Of a stretch of DNA of 64,000 nt, positions 36,826 through 50,706 are shown one piece after another. Source of the stretch: Macrostomum lignano (Eukaryota); the NCBI GenBank assembly GCA_002269645.1, contig NIVC01000792.1, forward strand, positions 7,888-71,887, read 5' to 3'. Numbering within the stretch: position 1 is the first letter of the stretch; every line of letters begins with the position of its first letter. A program made the position numbers and the translations under genes. The notes under the pieces were generated by a model. That model did no database searches and was not told the origin of the DNA. It worked only from the letters and a program-made list of their open reading frames with translations.

Positions 36826-38787
36826 GGCCAACAAGAAATCTCGAGAATCGTTAAACCAGTCAGGCACCCACAATGCGTCAATGCTATAATAATGTTACAA
36901 AACGCGAGTGTTGTCTGTTCCAGTAAACAGACATCTGTTAGCAGTATACCTTCTTCTCTTATACGAGCTAAGCGTAATGCATGAACACATTTGAAGGTAC
37001 ATGTAGGAGAAATGAGTACAATTTATTTTCACCTGTGCTAATAAAATATCTATTTTTGAATTCTACGATATTAAATAGCCCAGCAAGTGTATACTGTTAG
37101 GCTAATAATATTTAAACACTGTGTACTTGCAATGCTGACTCTATAGTATAAACTTTGCTTTCTACTATTTTATTATACTTTATTCGTCAAGATTTCTGCT
37201 TCTGTAAATATGCTGCCTCATTCTGCAGCACTACTAACAGTAGAACTCTATTCTCTTGAGGGCATCTCAGGCGTACTCTACTCAAGAATGCATAATCAAT
37301 GACAGGAACTAGCCGACCTAAGTTGGCAATATTGATGCCATTGTCACCAGCAGCGTTGAGACAGAGTCATCAGCTGGCCAAACTCATCGGGGATTTTCTC
37401 GCTAATCCCCCAGCCCCGCTTTTTTAAAATGCATCCCATTTCGGCCCTGTGGAAGAGCAGGAGCAATCTTCAGGGCCGCTCTCCTCCCGCCGCCCCCCCC
37501 CCCCAGGGACGACATCAAGAGAAGAGGAAATGGAAAGGAAAGTGAGCTGGGGGATTTTAGTGAAGAGAGGGGCAGAGAGAATCATTGGGAAAATTGCATG
37601 TTATTTTTCGCTTTACGTGATCTGACCTCGAGCCAGGAAATTGTTTATAGGGAGGCCTGGAAAAAGAGAGGTTGAGAGAGACGCGGTGAAGACAGGCCCG
37701 GTATCGACCGTGATGCGTATCTGGGATCGGCAATTCTGCTGAGCATGGCGGCTCATTCAAAGGAGAATTATAGGACCAATTTTTTAAGCTAGCATTGCCA
37801 TTGACTCTCCTATGCATGCATTAGTCGTTTGATAGATAGAGAGAGCATGAAGCAGAGCATGAAGCACCATCTTTTTACACCAGTAGTCAAGCAAGCGTTT
37901 CTTTAAACTTGAATTTCAACTAAAAGGATTTCAACATAGTTATTTAAAACTAGCAATTTTTTATTTTATTTTACAAATTTCGGCGATAAAAAGCTATTTA
38001 CCCTACTGCTGCTGACAGTTTCAGTAGTTTGACTGCGCCTAATCCAAAGAAAATGCAAATTTGACGGCTAATCGTAAGTTCTTGTTGTCAAGCCTCCTAA
38101 TGTAATAAACATTAACTCAATAGGTTTTATGCATCATTATGTATTTTATTTTTCAAAAACTTTTAAACCTCTCCAGTAGCAGGCTAGATATACGGCTTCA
38201 GCTGTTGCCCTATCGAACATGCATCATGCTCGACTAAAAAATGCAGCTTAATATGCATACTTGATCGAAGTACTTCCGCCCGCCATGGTACTGCAACTTC
38301 TCTCTTAGCCTCCTCCTCCCTACCCCTCTCTCAGCCAGTCCAGTCAGAGCGGATCATAAAAGCTCAGCATTCCAATTATGTCTAACCTCAGCGCTGCCGC
38401 CAATTGCTGGGAGCAAATTCGCACTGAACCCTGCGCTGATGCAGCACACAGGGATTCTGGTCGGCTGTGCGGGGATTTTCTGCCCAGTTTTTGTTCTGCG
38501 CAAACTAATAACGATCTGCAGCACTTTTATGAACATATCTAGTCCTACAAAATATTGTCTATCATAGTGTGAATGCAGCCTTGGGTTGAGATTGGAATAA
38601 ATCCGAGACCGAAGTGCCTGCTCAAAAAGCCAGAGCTGATTATTGGTATTTTCTAATGCGCTTCACTGCTGAGAGAAATAATTATCGAATCACATGAGCT
38701 GTTACTGCTAAACAATAAGCGTGAAAATCAATCAAGTGCTCAACACTGTCTCAACAAAACAGGCTCAGCCAGCAACAAAACTGCCAC

Positions 38788-41700
38788 TCAGTGTTCACTG
38801 GTGTGCCCGGTCGGGTGCACTACAGTGAACGCAGGCATCGCCACAATGGCCACAGCGAAGAACATCAGACAGGTGAGCAGCAGAAAGACCCAGAAGAAGA
38901 TCCAGTCCAGAGCGAAGGCGGCAGAGTGCCACTCCTCCAAGAAGTTGTCCTCGTCAGTCTGGGGCTTCTCTTTTTGGACGTCTGGCGACTGATGCGGACG
39001 GCCCGGTGGAAGCGGCAGCGACTTGCAGCTGCCGTTGGCGCCCGCTGTTGCAGCGGCTGTCGCATTGGCGGCCACGGCGGCGCGCAGAGTCTCCTTAAAG
39101 TAGGCGGCCGGGTCGCTGCAGCCGCCGCCCCCGAGGCCGATGCTGCGATCGTCTTCATCGGAGTCGAAGGAGCCGCCTCCGCCTCCGCCTAGGCGACCAC
39201 CTACCGAGCCCCCGCAGAGAATGTGCTGCTGCTGGTGAACTCGCTGGTGGCGTCTCGCCGCTGCGGCAGCCGCGGTAGCCGCTGGCCGACGCTGCCAGCG
39301 ACGATAGAATCTGGCCAGCCGCAGGATGTACGCGGGGGGCGGCGTGTGCGGCTGGGCGAAGAACACGAACGTGACGGTCACGGCCATGACTACGGCTAGC
39401 GCCACCATGACCATGGTCACGCTGAACAGCAGGCCTGGAGCGGAGGGGTTATTGTTGGTTATTGATTCAAAATCATTTTGCTATTTGTTATATCTAGCAA
39501 CATTCCTCTCTAGACCATACACAAAACAAAACAGACAAAATGTCAAGCAACAAAAATTAACACTCAGAAAAGGCATATACTTAAGAACGGAATTTTGTTA
39601 AGCCGTTTTGGCATAATGCCAACAAAACCGTTGGGCCGTTACCAATTTTACTATTCAGAAATTGCGGCTTGCTCAGGGTCCTCGGCCTTGATCAGAGTCT
39701 CCGTCTAAAGCGATAGACGCAGCCAGAAACCAGTGCTTGAGTTCGATGCCCAGTTCATGCCAGGTGCCAAGTGAGGTTGGCCTAGGCAAGATAGTCGAAC
39801 GCTACAACATTGATTAACTCTAAAATAGTACCAAGCAAGGGCAGAGCAGTTCGGCGGTTGATGCGTCTGAATATCGCGCCAGAGTGCCTGGGTTCTATTC
39901 CGTGTCCGGCCAGAATTATTTGGGGGCTAGTGCACAAAAATGGCCTGGGCTTTTGGAATTCTAACTCTGACTCAAGGCACAGAGTGTGTGCCTACCTGAC
40001 TCTGACTCAAGGCACAGAGTGTGTGCCTGCCTGACTCTGACTCAAGGCTCAGAGTGTGTGCCTACCTGACTCTGACTCAAGGCTCAGAGTGTGTGCCTAC
40101 CTGACTCTGACTCAAGGCTCAGAGTGTGTGCCTACCTGACTCTGACTCAAGGCTCAGAGTGTGTGCCTACCTAACTCTGACTCAAGGCACAGAGTGTGCC
40201 TACCTGACTCTGACTCAAGGCTCAGAGTGTGTGCCTACCTGACTCTGACTCAAGGCACAGAGTGTGTGCCTACCTGACTCTGACTCAAGGCACAGAGTGT
40301 GCCTACCTGACTCTGAGAACAGTACGAGCTCACACGTCTCCATGTGCTTAGGGATCAACCAAATGAGAAGCCAGCTGCAGAGATCTAATTCAAGCTCAGC
40401 AAAGTATGCTCACCAACAACGGGCACAGCGTCGGGCGTAGGCGGCATGTTCTCGCTGACCATGAGCAGGAACACCACCAGAGCCAGCAGCACGGTGATCT
40501 CCAAGTTGACCTTCTCGCCGGACTCAATGGGCAGGAAGAAGCAGAGAAAGGAAACGCAGTAGATGAGCAGGCAGGGGCAGATCAGGTTAATCACGTAGAA
40601 CAGATAGCGCCGGTACATGTGGATGGTGAAGTGGAGCACTGGGAAAGGCTCCGGGCAGCAGGGATACATCTGGTTCTCCCGCCAGGGAACAATAACAGTG
40701 ACCATCCATTCCTGGTTGCGCGGCTCGTAGTAAACTTTCTGATCCTTAGCTCCGGTGTGGTTCAAGTTCAGTCTATACCCATCATAGGTCCACGACATGA
40801 ATGTGACGTTGCAGTCCTGCGTGTCGAACGGAAAATAGCGCACATCCAAGGTGCAGTACATTTTCACCACAATAGGAAAAGTCCACATCACTTTGCCTGT
40901 CCACTCCACGATGGCGTTGGTGTTGATGTAGTCGGAGTATTCGTCGTTAGCGCTGGAATAAACAACGCGAAAATGCGAGCGTAAGTATAATTGCTCGAAC
41001 CAGTTTAGAGCCGGGTCGGGCTGTCAAAACCTAATGGCCTATAAAGACAAGTATCTCAGTTATGAGTGTCATAAGGGATTTATGACAGCTTTTATGATCG
41101 CTCGACATTGCTCAATTTTCCCAATTGCCTACAATAACAGAGTTTTTCGGTGCGTACAGGAGCACATTGATCAAAGTGATTGACAGCTAAACACAGAAAG
41201 CCATTACTCACTAATTAGTGATGATGAGGTCCGGTCGCCAGATACTCCTCGCTGGAATCCAGATTTTATCAATCTTGTATTCGCTCCGGTTCCAACGGAT
41301 GTACTCGTCTCTCCAGTGCTGCCAACAGTTCAATGATGACTGAATCCTTTGCACTCACCAGCTTGTACAAGCTTAATTGATTTTTACTCAGAAACGAGCT
41401 CAACTCACCACTCGCAGTGACATCAGCGCTGATACTGTTTGATGTCGCTCGCTCTGAAAGGGTTTCATAAATTAAAGCAAACAATAGGCAGGGAACGTAG
41501 GGTCTTCATAAACCAGTCTGGTTCTGTGTCCGATTCGTCTTTGTTTAATTTTCACTTACGCCTCGATAAATAAAACTGATAGCTGCTCTATCCATTATCT
41601 ATCCGTCAATAAGCTGAGTGTCTTCGATCGAAACTCTATGAAATGTATGAAAAGGTCGTCTTTCAGGAAGCATACTTGGATGTTACTATTGTTGCTGAAG

Positions 41701-44700
41701 TGGATTGAAGACGACCATGCTTGAGGGTTACCGCAATCCCTTGACAACACCGTATGAGATTCAGTTTAGCAAAGGCCACTGTACACTCATCATGTCGAGA
41801 GGAGAAGCCTGTTGCAAAGTAGCTTACAATATTCTTTCGACGAGCGTGGAAATTTATCCACGCTTTCCACGCTTTAGAAAAGCACCACTTACAGTATCCA
41901 GAATGTGAAACAGCGACATCCCCAGCTGGCAGTCGATTGCGGTCGAGTCCTTTCGTACTGGCCGGCTGGTGATGTCGTAGCCGCGCATGAGGAACTGCTT
42001 GAGCCGGTACTCCACCGAGGCGCTTCCGTGCGGCATGTCGGCTGTCCAGGTGTACGCATCGCCTGCAGCGGTTGTGTTATGCGTTAGCGATTCGGGTGGG
42101 GAATCCTGCGCGGTGCGCTGATTAGGGCGGATTGTGCTGATGCTGGATTGTTTGTTGATAGTGATGGATTTTTTGTTGGAAGTGACGGAGATTTTTTTCT
42201 CAGAGTGACGGATTGTTTATTGAGAGTGACAGATTGTTCGTTAAGAGTGACGGATTTTTTTGCGAGTGACAGATTGTTTGTTAATAGTGACGGAGATTGT
42301 TTGCTGAGACTGGCGGATTGTTTGTTGAGAGTGACGGATTGTTTATTGAGAGTGACAGATAATGATTGAGAGTGACAGATAATGATTGAGAGTTACAGAT
42401 AAGAAATGAGATTGACAGATAACAATTGAGAGTGACAGATAATGATTGAGACTGACAAATAATGATTGAGACTGACAGATAACAATTGAGAGTGACAGAT
42501 AACAATTGAGAGTGACAGATAATGATTGAGACTGACAGATAACAATTGAGAGTGACAGATAATGATTGAGAGTGACAGATAACAATTGAGAGTGACAGAT
42601 AACAATTGAGAGTGACAGATAACAATTGAGAGTGACAGATAATGATTGAGACTGACAGATAACAATTGAGAGTGACAGATAACAATTGAGAGTGACAGAT
42701 AACAATTGAGACTGACAGATAACAATTGAGACTGACAGATAATGATTGAGACTGACAAATAACAATTGAGAGTGACAGATAATGATTGAGAGTGACAGAT
42801 AACAATTGAGAGTGACAGATAACAATTGAGAGTGACAGATAATGATTGAGACTGACAAATAACAATTGAGAGTGATAGATAATGATTGAGAGTGACAGAT
42901 AATGATTGAGAGGAACAGATAACAATTGAGAGTGACAGATAATGATTGAGAGTGACAGATAACAATTGAGAGTGACAGATAACAATTGAGAGTTATAGAT
43001 AATGATTGAGACTGACAAATAACAATTGAGAGTGACAGATAATGATTGAGAGGAACAGATAACAATTGAGAGTGACAGATAACAATTGAGAGTGACAGAT
43101 AACAATTGAGACTGACAGATAATGATTGAGACTGACAAATAACAATTGAGAGTGACAGATAATGATTGAGAGGAACAGATAACAATTGAGAGTGACAGAT
43201 AACAATTGAGAGTGACAGATAACAATTGAGACTGACAGATAATGATTGAGACTGACAAATAACAATTGAGAGTGACAGATAATGATTGAGAGGAACAGAT
43301 AACAATTGAGAGTGACAGATAACAATTGAGAGTGACAGATAATGATTGAGACTGACAAATAACAATTGAGAGTGACAGATAATGATTGAGAGTGACAGAT
43401 AACAATTGAGAGTGACAGATAATGATTGAGAGTGACAGATAATGATTGAGAGTGACAGATAATGATTGAGAGTGACAGATAACAATTGAGAGTGACAGAT
43501 AACAATTGAGAGTGACAGATAACAATTGAGAGTGACAGATAATGATTGAGAGTGACAGATAATGATTGAGAGTGACAGATAATGATTGAGAGTGACAGAT
43601 AACAATTGAGAGTGACAAATAACAATTGAGAGTGACAGATAATGATTGAGACTGACAAATAACAATTGAGAGTGATAGATAATGATTAAGAGTGACAGAT
43701 AATGATTGAGAGGGACAGATAACAATTGAGAGTGACAAATAACAATTGAGAGTGACAGATAATGATTGAGAGTGACAGATAACAATTGAGAGGGACAGAT
43801 AACAATTGAGAGTGATAGATAATGATTGAGAGTGACAGATAATGATTGAGACTGACAGATAACAATTGAGAGTGACAGATAACAATTGAGAGTGACAGAT
43901 AACAATTGAGACTGACAGATAATGATTGAGACTGACAAATAACAATTGAGACTGACAGATAACAATTGAGAGTGACAGATAATGATTGAGAGGGACAGAT
44001 AATGATTGAGAGCGACAGATAATGATTGAGAGTGACAGATAATGATTGAGAGTTACAGATAAGAAATGAGACTGACAGATAACAATTGAGACTGACAGAT
44101 AACAATTAAGAGTGACAGATAATGATTGAGACTGACAGATAACAATTGAGAGTGACAGATAACAATTGAGAGTGACAGATAACAATTGAGACTGACAGAT
44201 AACAATTAAGACTGACAGATAATGATTGAGACTGACAAATAACAATTGAGAGTGACAGATAATGATTGAGAGTGACAGATAGCAATTGAGAGTGATAGAT
44301 AATGATTGAGAGTGACAGATAATGATTGAGAGTGACAGATAATGATTGAGAGGAACAGATAACAATTGAGAGTGACAGATAATGATTGAGAGTGACAGAT
44401 AACAATTGAGAGTGACAGATAACAATTGAGACTGACAGATAATGATTGAGACTGACAAATAACAATTGAGAGTGACAGATAATGATTGAGAGTGACAGAT
44501 AACAATTGAGAGTGATAGATAATGATTGAGAGAAACAGATAACAATTGAGAGTGACAGATAATGATTGAGACTGACAGATAATGATTGAGAGTGACAGAT
44601 AATGATTGAGAGTGACAGATAACAATTGAGAGTGATAGATAATGATTGAGAGTGACAGATAATGATTGAGAGTGACAGATAATGATTGAGAGGAACAGAT

Positions 44701-47070
44701 AACAATTGAGAGTGACAGATAATGATTGAGAGGGACAGATAATGATTGAGAGTGACAGATAATGATTGAGAGTGACAGATAATGATTGAGAGTTACAGAT
44801 AAGAAATGAGACTGACAGATAACAATTGAGACTGACAGATAACAATTGTGAGTGACAGATAATGATTGAGAGGGACAGATAATGATTGAGAGTGATAGAT
44901 AATGATTGAGAGTGACAGATAACAATTGAGAGTGATAGATAATGATTGAGAGTGACAGATAATGATTGAGAGTGACAGATAATGATTGAGAGGAACAGAT
45001 AACAATTGAGAGTGACAGATAATGATTGAGAGTGACAGATAATGATTGAGAGTTACAGATAAGAAATGAGACTGACAGATAACAATTGGTCAAGCCAAGC
45101 CAAAAACTGTTCAAGCCAAAAAGATTCAATTTCTAGCCAAGAACCAGCGAAAAGTCTATATGCAAGGAATTCCGGCAGTCTCAGACGGACGGCTCAGACT
45201 AGGGCCTCCTATTCAGCCTAGCTCCCGAAGGCGGGAACAGTGCAATTAAGCAGTTAATTATCACCTTCTGAGCTACCGCAGCCCCTTGAGCAGCAGGTTC
45301 TAGTTACACTATCAAGCCTTAGCCTTATCGGAATTTTTACTAGTCAGCAGGGATTGCGGGAAGCCAAGTCCAGCGCAGCAGTCATAATCAATTGCTTGTG
45401 CCCAGCAGGCATTCACTTCCGGACCATTGCACACTGCCTCCCTCGCCTCGGTGTACTAACAACCCATCATGATGCACTACCAGTGTAGTTGATAAAACGA
45501 CAAAGTGTATTATGGGATAAAAAATTAGATAAGATATTTCTCCCGTTTCTGTAACGTCTTTGCATTCTCCGACAGGCAGTTGGTTTCTTGGGGCAGATTG
45601 GGAACAATAGGGATCTGTATACGCGAGGGGAGATAGATATCGCTCTGTCAAGGAGGTCGTTCATCTTGCCTAAATTCGCTTTCATAATGAATAAGATCGA
45701 CCTAGATGGCGCTGCGGAATGAATAGCAGCAGCTGAACTAACGGCAGCTGAAGTTGTGTATGCAAGTCTGAATTGCAGCTGACTGCCTCTGTAATCTTGA
45801 ATTTATTGGCTGCAGCTCTGCCAACAGATCATGTTCTACTTTCGGGATAATTTCGTTTGTATCAAAATAAAAAAAATGCTCCTAAATAAGAATTTGCAGA
45901 AGACAGAAGGGACACATTCAGACGGACAGAATGACACATTCAGATGGACAGACTGACACATTCAGACGGACAGAATGACACATTCAGATGGACAGACTGA
46001 CACATTCAGACGGACAGAATGACACATTCAGATGGACAGACTGACACATTCAGATGGACAGAATGACACATTCAGATGGACAGACTGACACATTCAGATG
46101 GACAGAATGACACATTCAGATGGACAGAATGACATTTTCAGACGGACGGAATGACACATTCAGATGGACAGACTGACACATTCAGATTGACAGAATGACA
46201 CATTCATATGGACAGAATAATACATTCAGATGGACAGACTGACACATTCAGATTGACAGAATGATACATTCAGATGGACAGAATGACACATTCAGATGGT
46301 CAGAATCACACATTCAGATTGACAGAATGACACATTTAGATTGACAGAATGACACATTTAGATTGACAGAATGACACATTCAGATGGACAGAATGACACA
46401 TTCAGATGGACAGAATGACACATTCCGATTGACAGAATGATACATTCAGATGGACAGGATGACACATTCAGATGGATAGAATCACACATTCAGATTGACA
46501 CATTCAGATTGACACATTCAGATTGACACATTCAGATTGACACATTCAGATTGACACATTCAGATTGACACATTCAGATTGACACATTCAGATTGACAGA
46601 ATGACACATTCAGATTGACAGACTGACACATTCAGATGGACAGCATGACACATTCGGATGAACAGAATGACACATTACTTGGTCAAAATGACACATTCAG
46701 ATAGTCAGAATGACAATTTCAGATGGTTAGAATGACACATTAGGGAAGACAGAATGACACATTAGGGAAGACAGAATCTTCCCTATGGGGATACAAAATG
46801 GGGATACAAGGGAAGACAGAATGACACATTAGGGAAGACAGAATGACACATTAGGGAAGACACATTAGGGAAGACAGAATGACACATTAGGGAAGACACA
46901 TTAGGGAAGACAGAATGACACATTAGGGAAGACAGAATGACACATTAGGGAAGACAAAATGACACATTAGGGAAGACAGAATGACACACAAAAAACTCAC
47001 CAGTTTCTACAATCCACCCAAGGCCGCAGCAGAGCACCAAAATATTTCCCCACAGCCTTGAAAGTGTCAT
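38788..47070 (-). CDS. Nicotinic acetylcholine receptor alpha subunit; exons 47070-47001, 42062-41893, 41453-41409, 41318-41212, 40952-40414, 39434-38788
   Basis: Signal-peptide exon MTLSRLWGNILVLCCGLGW; IWRPDL; Cys-loop CTLDVRYFPFDTQDC; loop B SWTYDG; loop C YPCC; M2 GEKVNLEITVLL; M4 LDWIFFWVF. All splice phases are consistent, including a 45-nt exon. Confidence 0.95.
39839..39960 (+). mobile_element. tRNA-derived SINE head (degenerate), intronic
   Basis: B-box-like GGTTCTATTCC at 39891-39901, then AATTATTTGGGGGCT, similar to the post-head segment of the SINE at 59457-59813. Confidence 0.5.
39961..40315. repeat. 35-bp (33-35) minisatellite, about 10 copies, intronic
   Basis: Unit GACTCTGACTCAAGGCTCAGAGTGTGTGCCTACCT. 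Confidence 0.96.
42340..45087. repeat. 20-bp minisatellite, about 137 copies, in nAChR intron 1
   Basis: Unit GAGAGTGACAGATAATGATT / GAGAGTGACAGATAACAATT; degenerate lead-in at 42148-42340. Confidence 0.98.
45911..46987. repeat. 22-bp minisatellite with 14-bp and variant sub-domains, in nAChR intron 1
   Basis: GACACATTCAGATGGACAGAAT, then GACACATTCAGATT, then GACACATTAGGGAAGACAGAAT. Confidence 0.95.
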
Positions 47071-47544
47071 TAATTTAGTGACTGAACGTCTCAGGCCTCA
47101 AAGGTCTCCGAACGCCTAAAGCATGCCAAATACATGTATTATATACCGAATGCTTCCATCAGAGAGTTGTTGCGCTTTTTATTGATTTTTTTCGGCAGCC
47201 AATCAGAGATGCTTTAACAAGGCCCTATTGAGGATCATGTGGGATTGCCGCATGAAATTGCTGCCACCACAGTGCGAAGCGGCCGGGATAATTCAGGGGG
47301 GGGGTTTCATAGTTCCCAACGCGACAAGAGGCTACTATTGCTGATCCTCAGGACAAAAGTTTACGCATGCGGTCTTGCTAGATAAAACTGCTCAGTAATT
47401 GCAATACAGATTTTCAGATTTCGCGACCACGGTTTATCTCAAAGCTTATCTGTATTGCTTTGTAACTACATCTGATATTTTGTCCTATAATGACTTTCGA
47501 AGATTTTTACATGACTTTCTACGGCTTTCTATATTTCTATGCCT

Positions 47545-49390
47545 CTATGACTTTCTGTGTCTTTCTATGACTTTCTGTGTCTTTCTATGACTTTCTATGA
47601 CTTTCTATGACTTTCTATGACTTTCTATGACTTTCTATGACTTTCTATGACTTTCTGTGTCTTTCTATGACTTTCTATGACTTTCTATGACTTTCTATGA
47701 CTTTCTGTGTCTTTCTATGACTTTCTATGACTTTCTATGACTTTCTATGACTTTCTATGACTTTCTATGACTTTCTATGACTTTCTATGACTTTCTATGA
47801 CTTTCTATGACTTTCTATGACTTTCTATGACTTTCTATGACTTTCTGTGTCTTTCTATGACTTTCTATGACTTTCTATGACTTTCTATGACTTTCTGTGT
47901 CTTTCTATGACTTTCTATGACTTTCTATGACTTTCTATGACTTTCTATGACTTTCTATGACTTTCTATGACTTTCTATGACTTTCTGTGTCTTTCTATGT
48001 CTTTCTATGACTTTCTGGGTCTTTCTATGACTTTCTATGACTTTCTATGACTTTCTATGACTTTCTATGACTTTCTATGACTTTCTATGACTTTCTGTGT
48101 CTTTCTATGACTTTCTATGACTTTCTATGACTTTCTATGACTTTCTATGACTTTCTATGACTTTCTATGATTTTCTATGTCTTTCTATGACTTTCTGGGT
48201 CTTTCTATGACTTTCTATGACTTTCTATGACTTTCTATGACTTTCTATGACTTTCTATGACTTTCTGTGTCTTTCTATGACTTTCTATGACTTTCTATGA
48301 CTTTCTATGACTTTCTATGACTTTCTATGACTTTCTATGACTTTCTATGACTTTCTGTGTCTTTCTATGTCTTTCTATGACTTTCTGGGTCTTTCTATGA
48401 CTTTCTATGACTTTCTATGACTTTCTATGACTTTCTATGACTTTCTATGACTTTCTGTGTCTTTCTATGACTTTCTATGACTTTCTATGACTTTCTATGA
48501 CTTTCTATGACTTTCTATGATTTTCTATGTCTTTCTATGACTTTCTGGGTCTTTCTATGACTTTCTATGACTTTCTATGACTTTCTATGACTTTCTATGA
48601 CTTTCTATGACTTTCTATGACTTTCTATGACTTTCTATGACTTTCTATGACTTTCTATGACTTTCTATGACTTTCTATGACTTTCTATGACTTTCTATGA
48701 CTTTCTATGATTTTCTATGTCTTTCTATGACTTTCTATGTCTTTCTATGACTTTCTGGGTCTTTCTATGACTTTCTATGACTTTCTATGACTTTCTATGA
48801 CTTTCTCTGACTTTCTATGACTTTCTGTGTCTTTCTATGACTTTCTATGACTTTCTATGACTTTCTATGACTTTCTATGACTTTCTATGACTTTCTATGA
48901 CTTTCTATGACTTTCTGTGTCTTTCTATGTCTTTCTATGACTTTCTATGACTTTCTATGACTTTCTATGACTTTCTATGACTTTCTATGACTTTCTATGA
49001 CTTTCTATGACTTTCTATGACTTTCTGTGTCTTTCTATGACTTTCTATGACTTTCTATGACTTTCTATGACTTTCTATGACTTTCTATGATTTTCTATGT
49101 CTTTCTATGACTTTCTGGGTCTTTCTATGACTTTCTATGACTTTCTATGACTTTCTATGACTTTCTATGACTTTCTATGACTTTCTATGACTTTCTATGA
49201 CTTTCTATGACTTTCTATGTCTTTCTATGACTTTCTGGGTCTTTCTATGACTTTCTATGACTTTCTATGACTTTCTATGACTTTCTATGACTTTCTATGA
49301 CTTTCTATGACTTTCTATGACTTTCTGTGTCTTTCTATGACTTTCTGTGTCTTTCTATGACTTTCTATGACTTTCTATAACTTTCTATGG
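47545..49390. repeat. 10-bp tandem repeat, about 185 copies
   Basis: Unit CTTTCTATGA, with CTTTCTGTGT and CTTTCTGGGT variants. Confidence 0.98.
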
Positions 49391-49614
49391 CCTTCTGCGG
49401 CTTTCTCTTACATTTTATAATCTAGACGTCTTAGATCATTGTATGAATTTCTATGATTTATATGCCATTGTCGTAGCCGTGTCGTTCGCTGCCACTTTGT
49501 TGTAAGTCTCACCTTTCTAGTTATTAGTAGTTATTGTAAATATTTTTCACTAGTAATGCTAAGAACAACGAAAAAAGATGAATTTATTATGTGGTTGATT
49601 GCTGATTTTAGATT

Positions 49615-50491
49615 CAGGTGTTGGCAAGCTCCGGCCTGCAGGCCAAATTCGGCCCGCGAAGCCTCTCTATCCGGCCTTCGGTTCCTTTGAAAACTTCTCT
49701 CCTCTCCCTCTCCCTCTCTCCTCTCTCCTCTCTCTCTCTCCTCTCCCTCTCTCCTCTCTCCTCTCTCCTCTCTCTCTCTCTCCTCTCCCTCTCCCTCTCT
49801 CCTCTCTCCTCTCTCTCTCTCCTCTCCCTCTCTCCTCTCTCCTCTCTCTCTCTCCTCTCTCCTCTCCCTCTCCCTCTCTCCTCTCCCTCTCTCCTCTCTC
49901 CTCTCTCTCTCCTCTCTCCTCTCCCTCTCCCTCTCTCCTCTCCCTCTCTCCTCTCTCTCTCTCTCCTCTCCCTCTCCCTCTCTCCTCTCTCCTCTCTCTC
50001 TCCTCTCCCTCTCCCTCTCTCCTCTCTCCTCTCTCTCTCTCCTCTCCCTCTCTCCTCTCTCCTCTCTCCTCTCTCTCTCTCTCCTCTCCCTCTCCCTCTC
50101 TCCTCTCTCCTCTCTCTCTCCTCTCCCTCACTCCTCTCTTCTCTCTCCTTTCTCCTTTCCTCCACTCTTTTCTCTCTCTCTCCTCTCCCTCTCTCCTCTC
50201 CCTCTCCTCTCTCCTCTCTCCTCTCCCTCTCTCCTCTCCCTCTCCCTCTCTCCTCTCTCCTTTCTCCTTTCCTCCACTCTTTTCTCTCTCTCCTCTCTCA
50301 TCCCCTCTCCTCTCTTCTCTCTCTTCTCTCTTCTCTCTCTCTCTCCTCTCCTCTCCTCTCCTCTCCTCTCCTCTCCTCTCCTTCTCTCTTTTCTTTCATC
50401 TCTTCTCAAATCTCATCTCAAATTTTCTATCTCCTTTCCTCCCTCAGCTGGCCTTTCTTCTCCTCTTGACATAAAATGTTGCCAACTCCAT
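49615..50491. mobile_element. Charlie-like hAT non-autonomous element with an internal CT expansion
   Basis: Left end CAGGTGTTGGCAAGCTCCGGCCTGCAGGCCAAATTCGGCCCGC; right end AAAATGTTGCCAACTCC. Flanks loosely resemble the NTCTAGAN target. Confidence 0.6.
49696..50390. repeat. Pyrimidine (CT/CCT) low-complexity microsatellite
   Basis: About 700 nt of almost exclusively C/T. Confidence 0.97.
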
Positions 50492-50706
50492 CTCTAAATT
50501 TTCAGCAGCACCTTCGCTTTTGGTTTTTTTGTTTACCTCAGAAGTTAAATATGCATATCACTAATATTTAATATTCAAATCACCGTTCAACTCTACTAAC
50601 AGTACGAAAACTAGAACATTATTTTCGTTGTTCTTTTCTAAATCGTACTTCCATTTTTGTACAGAAAAATGCACAAGAAAATTTATTATAGGAAACAAAC
50701 ATTTTA

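Noticed and set aside
42281-45129. Long ORFs (up to 854 aa) in the 20-bp array
   Set aside because: They are translations of a stop-free repeat strand in all frames, inside nAChR intron 1.
49599-50474. Leu/Ser/Pro and Glu/Arg-rich ORFs
   Set aside because: Translations of the CT microsatellite.
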